DNA of 41,549 nucleotides from Candidatus Woesebacteria bacterium GW2011_GWA1_38_8 (GTDB lineage Bacteria; Patescibacteriota; Microgenomatia; UBA8517): NCBI GenBank assembly GCA_000993025.1, contig LBVJ01000011.1, positions 26,039 to 67,587 of the forward strand, read 5' to 3'. Shown piece by piece: positions 1 to 8,086 of this stretch (position 1 is its first letter; each line of letters starts with the position of its first letter). The notes under the pieces were generated by a model. It saw only the letters and a program-made list of their open reading frames with translations, ran no database searches and was not told where the DNA came from. The position numbers and the translations under genes were made by a program.

Positions 1-982
1 AGGGTGTTGGTGTTCTGGTTGGTATCGGTGTTACAACTATAAAATATGTGGGGAGTGGTCCTCCCGTAGACGCTGCACAGACTCCTCCGGAACAATTTCC
101 GGAACAACAAACTCCGGGATCTGTTCCCCCACAAGTTGATCCATCCGGAATACAAAACGGTATTCCGGTTAAAGTCGGGGTCGACGCTGCAGGCGTTGCT
201 GTAGGTAAAACAGTTTGACAACGGAGAGTAGAGGAAGAACAATATAAACCTGAACAGCAACCACCTTCCGTTACCACACAGGGTTGATTGTAACCAATAC
301 AGGCGATAGGTGTAGCAGTAGGAAAAATTGTCAACATAGGAGTTGCTGTCGGCGGAACATCCTGACAAGTGAATGAGGCGGGGGAACAATAGTTTGAACA
401 ACAACCGTTATCGGGTTCTGTTACATTACAAGGTGCACCTGTCGGATAACATCCTTCATATACCGCTTGTACACATTCACAGTCACGATCGGTGCAATCA
501 GGAAAAGGAAGGGTACACTGTGTCAAATTAATGGGCTCATAACCTGTGGGGCAGGAACACACACACAGATTGTCATCCACATCGCCGTCACAATTTCCGA
601 TCAATATTGCTATTGTTGGAGTTGCGGTTGAATCAGAATCATCGCCCTCAAAACCAGGCGATCCCAGCATTCCAATATTTATCCCAAGTATTGCATTTAC
701 CAGCTGTGTCAGGAAAAAGACCAAAAGCAATATTAAAAGTCCGACTATAGCGTGAGTTATCCTTTTTCTTGCAGTTTCAAGCTTACCTTTATCTCCACCT
801 GCAGTTATCCACCCAAAGGCACCCGCAACAAAAATAAATATAAAAATAATAACTCCCACAAGAAAGGCAATATCAACAAAGGATGGTAAAACCCTGTTAA
901 GATAGTTCCAACCCCCTACATCATAATCCCCACCAAGTAATGGATTGCTTACCTGAGCAAGAAGCGTCGTTAATAAGAACAT
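1..982 (-). CDS. T4SS-type (VirB2/TrbC-like) CPR pilin fused to a Cys-rich region and three knottin-like repeats with Pro/Thr linkers; runs off the window (3' partial)
   Basis: Hand translation from ATG 982 is open to base 2: MFLLTTLLAQVSNPLLGG...AFLVGVIIFIFIFVAGAFGWITAGGDKGKLETARKRITHAIVGLLILLLVFFLTQLVNAILGINI (two TM helices around the WITAGGDK..LE.AR pilin loop), then CYPTGAPC...CC..C..C type repeats. Absent from the ORF track because there is no stop in the window. Confidence 0.85.
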   Translation of the reverse strand, partial: MFLLTTLLAQVSNPLLGGDYDVGGWNYLNRVLPSFVDIAFLVGVIIFIFIFVAGAFGWITAGGDKGKLETARKRITHAIVGLLILLLVFFLTQLVNAILGINIGMLGSPGFEGDDSDSTATPTIAILIGNCDGDVDDNLCVCSCPTGYEPINLTQCTLPFPDCTDRDCECVQAVYEGCYPTGAPCNVTEPDNGCCSNYCSPASFTCQDVPPTATPMLTIFPTATPIACIGYNQPCVVTEGGCCSGLYCSSSTLRCQTVLPTATPAASTPTLTGIPFCIPDGSTCGGTDPGVCCSGNCSGGVCAASTGGPLPTYFIVVTPIPTRTPTP

Positions 983-1041
983 AAAGATAACTTGATATTA
1001 ACACATTAACCAAATAACATTCCATACCCACCAAAAGTATA

Positions 1042-1071
1042 TTGGGAATAATTCGTTTAATTTGTTAAAAT
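1042..1071 (+). promoter_or_regulatory. Putative sigma70 promoter for the tRNA-Pro locus
   Basis: TTGGGA (1042-1047), 18 nt, extended -10 TGtTAAAAT (1063-1071). Confidence 0.45.
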
Positions 1072-1080
1072 ACCCAGAGG

Positions 1081-1188
1081 ACGGGGTGTAGTTTCTAGTT
1101 AGATTTGCGACTTGCGAATCAGAATGATGAGCAATTAAGCAAACCTGATTATATGAAATATTTATGAATTTCATATCGGTAGAATGGG
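1081..1188 (+). repeat. Split duplicate of the tRNA-Pro 5' half
   Basis: ACGGGGTGTAGTTT (1081-1094 = 1252-1265) and CGGTAGAATGGG (1177-1188 = 1268-1279), separated by 82 nt instead of 2 nt. Confidence 0.7.
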
Positions 1189-1252
1189 TATCCGCTATAA
1201 GGCGGATATGTAGTAAGGCATAAAAAGAAAATCTTAAAAAGAGGTTGATTTA

Positions 1253-1323
1253 CGGGGTGTAGTTTACCGGTAGAATGGGCGCATGGGGTGCGTCCGGACT
1301 GGGTTCAATTCCCAGCACCCCGA
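1253..1323 (+). tRNA. tRNA-Pro(GGG), CCA not encoded
   Basis: Acceptor CGGGGTG/CACCCCG, discriminator A; anticodon arm GGCGC-ATGGGGT-GCGTC; T arm CTGGG-TTCAATT-CCCAG. Confidence 0.93.
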
Positions 1324-1379
1324 CTTTCCTTTATAACTTCGTCGGGTAAACCCGGTTGGAACAATACAAAGAAAGTCCC

Positions 1380-1715
1380 ATGCATAACTTTAAGGCAAGG
1401 TTATTTAAAAAGATCGTTCCATTGTTTGATATAAAGGACAAACTGTTTTTTATATCTATTATCCTTACACTTCCTTCCGTACTAATCTGGTTTTTTGGAA
1501 CGATAAGCTATTTTTGGAGTCTGGCTTATAAATACATTTTTATTAATATGTCTCTGAAATGGCAAACGCTGTTTCTTCTGATAATTCCTTTTACGGCGTC
1601 AATACTCTCATTGATCGTTTATATAAGAACAAGGTCCCGCCCTTCAAAGATGTTATTTCTCCTGAATCTATTCTTTATTATTTTGGTAATTTTTGCATCC
1701 TTACTGCTTGGGTAA
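1380..1715 (+). CDS. Hypothetical membrane protein (about 3 TM helices)
   Basis: ORF with three hydrophobic segments; ATG 1380 preferred over TTG 1356. Confidence 0.65.
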   Translation: MHNFKARLFKKIVPLFDIKDKLFFISIILTLPSVLIWFFGTISYFWSLAYKYIFINMSLKWQTLFLLIIPFTASILSLIVYIRTRSRPSKMLFLLNLFFIILVIFASLLLG

Positions 1716-1749
1716 AAATAAAGGGCGGTTTTATTGTGCAGGATATCCC

Positions 1750-1835
1750 TCACGCTACGCGTTCCTTCAACGCGCTGTAAGGAGACCTTAGCATCGCATT
1801 TTAGTCACGCTACGCGTTCCTTCAACGCGCTGTAA
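1750..1835. repeat. Perfect 31-bp direct repeat duplicating the 3' end of uppS
   Basis: TCACGCTACGCGTTCCTTCAACGCGCTGTAA at 1750-1780 and 1805-1835, 24-bp spacer. Confidence 0.95.
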
Positions 1836-3085
1836 AATTTCTGAAGATAGTCTTCCGCCTTTTCCCAATGTTCGTCACCGTAACCTCTGATCGCTAAATT
1901 TTTTTCCATATTGGCCAGAACACATAAGTGTGCTACTTTCGTTGCCTGAAAAAGAGAGATCCTGTAAACTTCAGCGTATAAACTTTTAGCCAGATCTTCC
2001 GCATCACCCGAATTTTCTATATCCCTTTTATCAACCATTTCTTTCCATAAGTTTACCTGAAGCGAAGTAACGAGCGACGGTTCAAAGGCCAATTTTATCT
2101 CCTCTTTAATAAGAGCATAAAACTTCTTCAGGGGGATTTTTGCATTTTCCCATTTCTTTTTATTCCCCTCAATAACCGCTTGTGTAAACAAAATTCCGGC
2201 TTCTTTGGCCAAATCTTTTGAAAACCCAAATTGTTCTTTTATATGGGCTGTTGCATAATCGCGGAATCTTGTATCTTCAGGAATGTTTGCCAGTCTCCAC
2301 CATTTAAGTTCCATTTGAGCTGTTATCTGCGGTTTGAAAAAAAAATGCTCCTCTATATCGTTTCCGCCGAATCTTCTTCTTCGTCTGGAATAATCAAGGA
2401 CCGCAGTCTTTAATTTTTCCGGAGTAAAATCGGGAAAATGATCGTTCTCCCAATAGTATTCACAATATGCGGAATTCCAAAGCAAAAACCCACTCGTTCT
2501 TTGCTCACCCGAAGTCCTGATCATCAAATCCACATAAGGATAAGGCTGATCCCGAAGATCTACATATTTATCTATCAGATCCTTGTTTATATCATTCCCG
2601 GCAATACCGGCGGAAACCACCTTTTTTACTGCTCTCAAAATATCATCCTGTCCGCCATAATCTATTGCCAAATTCATAATGTATTTTGAATTGTTTCCGG
2701 TCTTTTTTTCGGCAAATTGAATTTTATCCAGTAAAAATTTCGGCAGCCGGTCTTTCCTTCCCAAATGAACTATTTTGACATTATCACGATCGGCTTCAAC
2801 CAGATAATCATCTATCAGTTTTTTATAAAGTCTCATCAAATATTTTATTTCCTCTTCCGTTCTATCCCAATTTTCTGTAGAAAAACCCCATAAAGTTACT
2901 GTATGAATACCGATTTTTCTTGCAGATCGGGCCAGCTCCACAGCTCTTTCAAAACCAGCTTTGTGCCCAAGAAAAGTATGAAGCCCCCGTGACCGCGCCC
3001 ACCTTCTGTTGCCATCGGGGATAATTGCCAAATGATCGGGTACTTTTGTTCCCTTCGGAAGTTTAAGTTCTGCCTCTGAAGCCAT
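1805..3085 (-). CDS. uppS: Undecaprenyl/polyprenyl diphosphate synthase with an extra C-terminal helical domain of about 185 aa
   Basis: HLAIIPDGNRRWA, FSTENW, DYGG, IRTSGEQRTSGFLLW, RRRFGG motifs. Confidence 0.95.
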   Translation of the reverse strand: MASEAELKLPKGTKVPDHLAIIPDGNRRWARSRGLHTFLGHKAGFERAVELARSARKIGIHTVTLWGFSTENWDRTEEEIKYLMRLYKKLIDDYLVEADRDNVKIVHLGRKDRLPKFLLDKIQFAEKKTGNNSKYIMNLAIDYGGQDDILRAVKKVVSAGIAGNDINKDLIDKYVDLRDQPYPYVDLMIRTSGEQRTSGFLLWNSAYCEYYWENDHFPDFTPEKLKTAVLDYSRRRRRFGGNDIEEHFFFKPQITAQMELKWWRLANIPEDTRFRDYATAHIKEQFGFSKDLAKEAGILFTQAVIEGNKKKWENAKIPLKKFYALIKEEIKLAFEPSLVTSLQVNLWKEMVDKRDIENSGDAEDLAKSLYAEVYRISLFQATKVAHLCVLANMEKNLAIRGYGDEHWEKAEDYLQKFYSALKERVA

Positions 3086-3091
3086 GTGGAA

Positions 3092-3121
3092 ATTATATAC
3101 TCCTTATACTCGAGCTTGCAA
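3092..3121 (-). promoter_or_regulatory. Sigma70 promoter of uppS, probably leaderless
   Basis: TTGCAA-18 nt-TATAAT, 6 nt before the ATG. Confidence 0.6.
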
Positions 3122-3204
3122 CTCTCATATGAGACAATATGACCAAAAAATGGGTTAGGTGAAGTAGGGGACGGCAATAGAAAGGGACTTCATAGGTCGA
3201 AATA

Positions 3205-3615
3205 TTACCTCTTGGGTGACTGCTTCTCTCTCCTCGCCTTACCGCCGGTGCCGACCTTGCGCCGTTCTCTGATCCTTGCATCACGGGTTAGAAGACCTGC
3301 TTTTTTTAAAGATGAACGGAACTTGTCTTTTTCAGCCTTTGCCAATGCTTTAGCAATAGCATGAATCACTGCGTCCAACTGACCCTTTTTTCCACCGCCA
3401 GCTACTCTGACTGAAGAATAATACTTATCCGAAGCATCAACTTGTTTAAAAGATTTGATCCAGATAGCGTTAAATACTGGGCTGTCAAAGTATTTTTCAA
3501 AAGGAAGACCATTTACGGTGTTTTCCCCTTTTCCCCTGTATAGTCTCACGCGTGCAGAGGCTGTTCTTCTGCGTCCCACTGCATATGTATAATCTATCTT
3601 TTTTGCTTTTTTCAT
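3205..3615 (-). CDS. rpsI: 30S ribosomal protein S9
   Basis: GRRRTASARVRL, GGGKKGQ, LLTRDARIRERRK, QSPKR C-terminus. Confidence 0.98.
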   Translation of the reverse strand: MKKAKKIDYTYAVGRRRTASARVRLYRGKGENTVNGLPFEKYFDSPVFNAIWIKSFKQVDASDKYYSSVRVAGGGKKGQLDAVIHAIAKALAKAEKDKFRSSLKKAGLLTRDARIRERRKVGTGGKARREKQSPKR

Positions 3616-3620
3616 AATTT

Positions 3621-4037
3621 CTACTTTTTCACCTTATCCTCATACGGATGCTTATCACCCGTAAATATTTTAAGTCTGGACAATCTTTTATCTTTCAGTC
3701 TATTATCGGGAATCATCCCTTTTACGGCAAGTTCCAATATTCTGTTCGGGTTCTCGGACAATAACTTTGAGTATTTGACTTCTTTAAAGCCTGCAGGGTA
3801 TCCGGAATGACTTCTGTATACTTTTTGGTCCTCTTTCTTGCCGGTAACTTTAATTTCACCCGCATTTATCGCAACTACATAGTCGCCACTATCCATATGG
3901 CGTGAGTAATTAACTTTATGTTTCCCTATCAATTTTATAGAAATTTCCGACGCTACTCTTCCCAATACTTTTCCTTTTACATCGATCAGATGCCATTCTC
4001 TCGTCACATCATTTTTTTTTGGTTGATATGTTTTCAT
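3621..4037 (-). CDS. rplM: 50S ribosomal protein L13
   Basis: WHLIDVKGKVLGRVAS, DSGDYVVAINA, HSGYPAG. Confidence 0.98.
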   Translation of the reverse strand: MKTYQPKKNDVTREWHLIDVKGKVLGRVASEISIKLIGKHKVNYSRHMDSGDYVVAINAGEIKVTGKKEDQKVYRSHSGYPAGFKEVKYSKLLSENPNRILELAVKGMIPDNRLKDKRLSRLKIFTGDKHPYEDKVKK

Positions 4038-4040
4038 AGT

Positions 4041-4562
4041 CTATTTATTATCCGTTCTATTTTTTAATGAAAACTTTCTGATTACGGAAAGCGGAGTAGG
4101 TTTCTTCTTAACACTTTCGGTTTTTTTCTCAATTTCCCGCTTCTTTTTTTTACTCACTGCTATTTTTTTTTCACCAATATCCGCCGATATAATTTTTCCT
4201 ATATCGATCTTTTCCACAAATTCGATCCTTACCATCGGAGCATTATCCCCTTTTCTGGCTGAAAGATTAACATGCTTGATCATTGATCTTCCGGACCCTT
4301 TTGTGTTCTTTGATATTTTTACAATTTCATCCGAAACCATCCTGTCATTCCCGGTAAAAGCATATATATGACGGCGCACCGCAAGACTGTCCTGTTTCCC
4401 TTGGTTTAATAAGTTTTCAACCATAGGAATCAAGACTTTCGCCTTTGCATGCGTAGTAACCAACTTATGGTTAAGAATAAATGATCTTAACAAAGCCCGA
4501 TACATCGCGCGACGGCTTGTTGTGTCACGCGAAAACTTTTTACCAAAAACATTCTTTCTCAT
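4041..4562 (-). CDS. rplQ: 50S ribosomal protein L17 with Lys-rich C-terminal tail
   Basis: TTHAKAK, RKGDNAPM; position after rpoA. Confidence 0.95.
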   Translation of the reverse strand: MRKNVFGKKFSRDTTSRRAMYRALLRSFILNHKLVTTHAKAKVLIPMVENLLNQGKQDSLAVRRHIYAFTGNDRMVSDEIVKISKNTKGSGRSMIKHVNLSARKGDNAPMVRIEFVEKIDIGKIISADIGEKKIAVSKKKKREIEKKTESVKKKPTPLSVIRKFSLKNRTDNK

Positions 4563-4606
4563 AAAAATTCAGTATTCGAGCAGAAGGTGAAAAACTCAAA
4601 TTAAGA

Positions 4607-5521
4607 TTATCCGTTCAGGACCAAACCCTTCTCTCCCAGAGCGGCTTCAATGATCTTAACTGATTTCTCTCCCAAATTTCTAACTTTTACGAGCTTGGAC
4701 CGTTCGGCCTTGACCAAATCTTCAACTGTATCATAGCCCGCCTTAATGAGGGCGTTTGCAACTCTCGTCGGAAGGTTTATCTCTTCGACCGAAAGTTTTC
4801 CTATAGGACCTAAGTCATCTTTTTTGTTCTCCTCATCGACTTTGACAACTTTTTTTGGAGAAACTATCTGCATATAATATGAAACCATTGTATTAGCAGC
4901 TTTTAGTAACGCTTGTTTTGGATCAATGGTACCATCGGTCCATATTTCTAAGATCAACTTGTCATAGTTTGTCAATCTTCCGACACGTGTTTCTTCGATC
5001 CGGTAATTCACTCTTATAATTGGAGTAAATATCGCATCCATAGGAATAACCCCAACTTCATCTGTCTTTCTATCTTCAAAGGAAGAATAACCGACACCTG
5101 TCTCGATATCCATCTTTACATTTAAATTTGCGTCTTTGTTTAAATAAGCAAGAACTACTTCAGGGCTGGCAATCTTTGCCGGAGGATCAATTTTTATATC
5201 CTTCGCTTTTATTTCTCCTTGACCCTTCGCTTCAAGACTTGCTTTTATAGGTTTATCGCCGTTATAAAAAATTCTTACCTTCTTCAGATTTAGTATGAAT
5301 TCGACAATGTCTTCTTTCATTCCCTTAAGTGAAGTAAACTGGTGCTTTACTCCGGAAATTTTTACGTGTGTAATCGCCGCACCCGGTAGACTTGTTAACA
5401 GAACCCTTCTCAAGGAATTACCAAGAGTGTGTCCATAACCAGCCTCAAGAGGACTTATTACAAACTTTCCGTAATCTGCCTTCTTTTCTAATTCTGATAT
5501 TTGAAATATTGGTTCATTCAC
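4607..5521 (-). CDS. rpoA: RNA polymerase alpha subunit
   Basis: PLEAGYGHTLGNSLRRVLL, DAIFTPI, RVGRLTNYDKL, alpha-CTD NLGEKS; GTG 5521 follows an AAGGTGGTGA SD (alternative start 5533). Confidence 0.98.
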   Translation of the reverse strand: MNEPIFQISELEKKADYGKFVISPLEAGYGHTLGNSLRRVLLTSLPGAAITHVKISGVKHQFTSLKGMKEDIVEFILNLKKVRIFYNGDKPIKASLEAKGQGEIKAKDIKIDPPAKIASPEVVLAYLNKDANLNVKMDIETGVGYSSFEDRKTDEVGVIPMDAIFTPIIRVNYRIEETRVGRLTNYDKLILEIWTDGTIDPKQALLKAANTMVSYYMQIVSPKKVVKVDEENKKDDLGPIGKLSVEEINLPTRVANALIKAGYDTVEDLVKAERSKLVKVRNLGEKSVKIIEAALGEKGLVLNG

Positions 5522-5601
5522 ATTGATCACCACCTTTCATTGCAACTACCCTAAATTAACTAAGAGAGTAGTTTACCACGAGCCTACGGCTTATGGAAGT
5601 C

Positions 5602-6204
5602 TCACCTCGAATAATATTCGACAACATCTTGTTCTGATATAGGTTCAATAATATCTTCCCTTCCCGGATCACTTACAACCTTCCCCACACTTCCCTTTCT
5701 CTCCAACCATTTCGGGGGCTTGTAATCTTTATTGGTCAAGGATTTTGATACAACGGGAATCTTGATAGCTTTCTCTGTAAGAGATATCACATCGCCTTTT
5801 TTAATTTGATAAGAAGGTATATTAACTTTTTTGGAATTAACAAGTAAATGTCTATGGGAAACAAGTTGTCTTGCTGAAGTTCTTGTTGTAGTAAAACCCA
5901 ATCTATATACAGTATTATCAAGCCTCTTTTCAAGAATAGATAATAGCTTTTCGCCTGTATTGCCTTTAGTGCTTAATGCTTTTGCTGCGTAACGGGAAAA
6001 TTGCCTTTCTAGAATACCATACAGCCTTTTTACCTTCTGCTTCTCTCTAAGCTGTTTCGCATATTCGGAGGTCGACCTTCTGGTTCTTTTGTTGCCATGT
6101 TGTCCAGGAGGAACATTCAACCTTGTTAGTTTTGAACCCTTACCAAAAAGGTCATAGCCCTCAGCCCTTGATAATTTGTCTTTTGATCCTGTATATCTTG
6201 CCAT
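5602..6204 (-). CDS. rpsD: 30S ribosomal protein S4 (no Zn-binding cysteines)
   Basis: MARYTG, PPGQHG, QLREKQK, LEKRLDN, ARQLVSH, VVEYYSR. Confidence 0.98.
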   Translation of the reverse strand: MARYTGSKDKLSRAEGYDLFGKGSKLTRLNVPPGQHGNKRTRRSTSEYAKQLREKQKVKRLYGILERQFSRYAAKALSTKGNTGEKLLSILEKRLDNTVYRLGFTTTRTSARQLVSHRHLLVNSKKVNIPSYQIKKGDVISLTEKAIKIPVVSKSLTNKDYKPPKWLERKGSVGKVVSDPGREDIIEPISEQDVVEYYSR

Positions 6205-6224
6205 AATAACCTCAAATAATGAAC

Positions 6225-6500
6225 CTACCCCCTTCTTTTCTTTTTTGGTCTGGGACCATTGTGCGGAATAGGGGTTACATCCGCTATCATAGAAATCTTC
6301 AAATTTGCACTTCTTACCGACCTTAAGGCAGCATCTCGTCCGGCACCCGGTCCTTTTACAAATATTTCTACTTCCTTTAATCCATATTCATCTTTAGCTT
6401 TGGAAAGTGCTTTTTCAACGGCAGTAGTTGCGGCATACGGGGTAGATTTTCTTGTTCCTTTGAATCCGCTGTTTCCCGAAGAGCTCCAAGAAATCACCTC
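6225..6500 (-). CDS. rpsK: S11 moiety of the fused ORF, lacking its normal N-terminal ~35-40 aa
   Basis: [22 protein letters not shown]; no own start and no FNNT motif. Confidence 0.85.
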   Translation of the reverse strand, partial: EVISWSSSGNSGFKGTRKSTPYAATTAVEKALSKAKDEYGLKEVEIFVKGPGAGRDAALRSVRSANLKISMIADVTPIPHNGPRPKKKRRG

Positions 6501-6887
6501 CTGCTGTGTCTTGTTTAACATATCCTTCTTAAATGCTCCTATAGTTTTTCTCTTGCCTCTTTTTCCACGGGCATTGTGTCTTGTCCTTTGACCTCTTGAG
6601 GGCAAGTTTTTTGAATGTCTAGAGCCTCTGTATGAACCCGTTTGTTGGAGCCTTGTGATATTTCCCCTTACACGTCTCACAAGATCCCCTTCGACTGGAT
6701 ATTTCTCAACCGCTTCGGTAATTTTTGAAATATCTTCCGGAGACATATCGCGCATTCTCTTATCTTCGGAAATACCGGCGTCTTTCATTATCTTATGAGA
6801 TAAGCTCATACCTATCCCCTTGATCTTCGTTAAGGCATACAAAACTCTATCTTTTTCGCTTAATTCCTGTCCTGAAATTCTAGCCAT
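6225..6887 (-). CDS. rpsM: In-frame fusion of S13 (aa 1-129) with N-terminally truncated S11 (aa 130-220)
   Basis: S13 motifs [28 protein letters not shown], followed directly by S11 motifs [45 protein letters not shown]. Confidence 0.9.
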   Translation of the reverse strand: MARISGQELSEKDRVLYALTKIKGIGMSLSHKIMKDAGISEDKRMRDMSPEDISKITEAVEKYPVEGDLVRRVRGNITRLQQTGSYRGSRHSKNLPSRGQRTRHNARGKRGKRKTIGAFKKDMLNKTQQEVISWSSSGNSGFKGTRKSTPYAATTAVEKALSKAKDEYGLKEVEIFVKGPGAGRDAALRSVRSANLKISMIADVTPIPHNGPRPKKKRRG

Positions 6888-6934
6888 AGTTTAAAAGTAA
6901 CCAGTCACCAGGCACTTGTTACCGGTTACAAAAG

Positions 6935-7048
6935 TTACCCCTGTCTCTGCTTGTGCCTTGGGTTCTTGCAAATGACATATAATACACCTTTTCTTTTGAC
7001 ATATTTACAATCTTTACACCTTGGTTTAATCGACGATTGAACTTTCAT
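6935..7048 (-). CDS. rpmJ: 50S ribosomal protein L36 (37 aa, not in ORF track)
   Basis: Hand translation [37 protein letters not shown]. Confidence 0.97.
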   Translation of the reverse strand: MKVQSSIKPRCKDCKYVKRKGVLYVICKNPRHKQRQG

Positions 7049-7069
7049 ATAATGATATTCCCCGTTTCT

Positions 7070-7288
7070 TTAGTATTTATAAACTATCCTACCCCTGTCA
7101 ACATCATATTTGGTCATTTCAATTTTTACATTGTCACCCGGAAAGATCCTGATATAGTTTTTTCTCATTTTTCCCGTTAATGTCGCTATGAGAACCCTTC
7201 CATCTTCAAGCTCTACCTGAAACATAGTGTTCGGAAGGGCTTGTGTCACTTTGCCGTTGTATACACTAACGGGTTGGATATTTTTCAT
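7070..7288 (-). CDS. infA: Translation initiation factor IF-1
   Basis: [30 protein letters not shown]. Confidence 0.97.
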   Translation of the reverse strand: MKNIQPVSVYNGKVTQALPNTMFQVELEDGRVLIATLTGKMRKNYIRIFPGDNVKIEMTKYDVDRGRIVYKY

Positions 7289-7318
7289 AATCTTACTCTA
7301 CAAAATAAAAACCAAGCT

Positions 7319-8086
7319 TCATGCCTGGTTGTATCTTGTTACCACCAAAGGACCACTTTTCGTAACAATTACGGTGTCTTCGTTAAGCGCTGATATTTTA
7401 CCATCACCCGTCACAATTGTCCACCCATCTTTTTCGTGTTTGATGCTTCCGTCTCCCATCGAGTAAATAATTTCAATTGCAAGTACAGCACCTTCAGGTA
7501 TTTCAGGTGTTTTAAGTCGATCCTGGTATATGAATTGCGGTATCTGTGGTTCCTCGTGCAGATTTCTACCTACTCCGTGTCCAACGAGAGTCTTTACGGG
7601 ATTAAAACCCGACCTTGCAAGACTTTTCTCAATTGTTTGTGATATGTCATATATTCTCGCACCGACTACGGCACAAGCTATCGCATTCTCTAAAGTATTT
7701 CTGCCTGCATTCAAAAAACTCTTGGTCGGCTCATCCACGTCAAGACCTTTGGAAAAGGATGTATCCGTATTAAAACCCGCAAAAAAAAGACCAATATCAA
7801 CACTAACAACATCGCCCTTTTTAAATATCAGGTCCTTTTTTGGTATCCCGTGAACAACTCCTTCATTAACATTGATACAAGTTGCCCAATTGTACTTCGG
7901 CACTCTGGCAAATGCAGCTTCACCGCCGGTCTTTTTGATAAGACTAATCGCCAATTCCTCAATTTCCCAAGCGCTTACTCCGATCTTTACATCTTCTTCT
8001 AAAAAATGTTTTATTTCGGAAAGTCTCTTTCCCCCATCAATGATTTTTTTTATTTCTTCTTTAGTTTTTACCGGTATTTTTTGCAT
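7319..8086 (-). CDS. map: Type I methionine aminopeptidase
   Basis: CINVNEGVVHGIP, DIG, GHGVG..LHEEP, AIE; position between adk and infA. Confidence 0.96.
   Translation of the reverse strand: MQKIPVKTKEEIKKIIDGGKRLSEIKHFLEEDVKIGVSAWEIEELAISLIKKTGGEAAFARVPKYNWATCINVNEGVVHGIPKKDLIFKKGDVVSVDIGLFFAGFNTDTSFSKGLDVDEPTKSFLNAGRNTLENAIACAVVGARIYDISQTIEKSLARSGFNPVKTLVGHGVGRNLHEEPQIPQFIYQDRLKTPEIPEGAVLAIEIIYSMGDGSIKHEKDGWTIVTGDGKISALNEDTVIVTKSGPLVVTRYNQA

Noticed and set aside
546-755. 69-aa plus-strand ORF
   Set aside because: Antisense shadow of the pilin-knottin gene.
1559-1780. 73-aa plus-strand ORF
   Set aside because: Overlaps the membrane-protein gene in another frame and ends in the duplicated uppS tail; no protein-like features.
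1750-1835. Two 31-bp repeats with a 24-bp spacer as a mini CRISPR array
   Set aside because: Only two units, one is uppS coding sequence, and there are no cas genes in the window.
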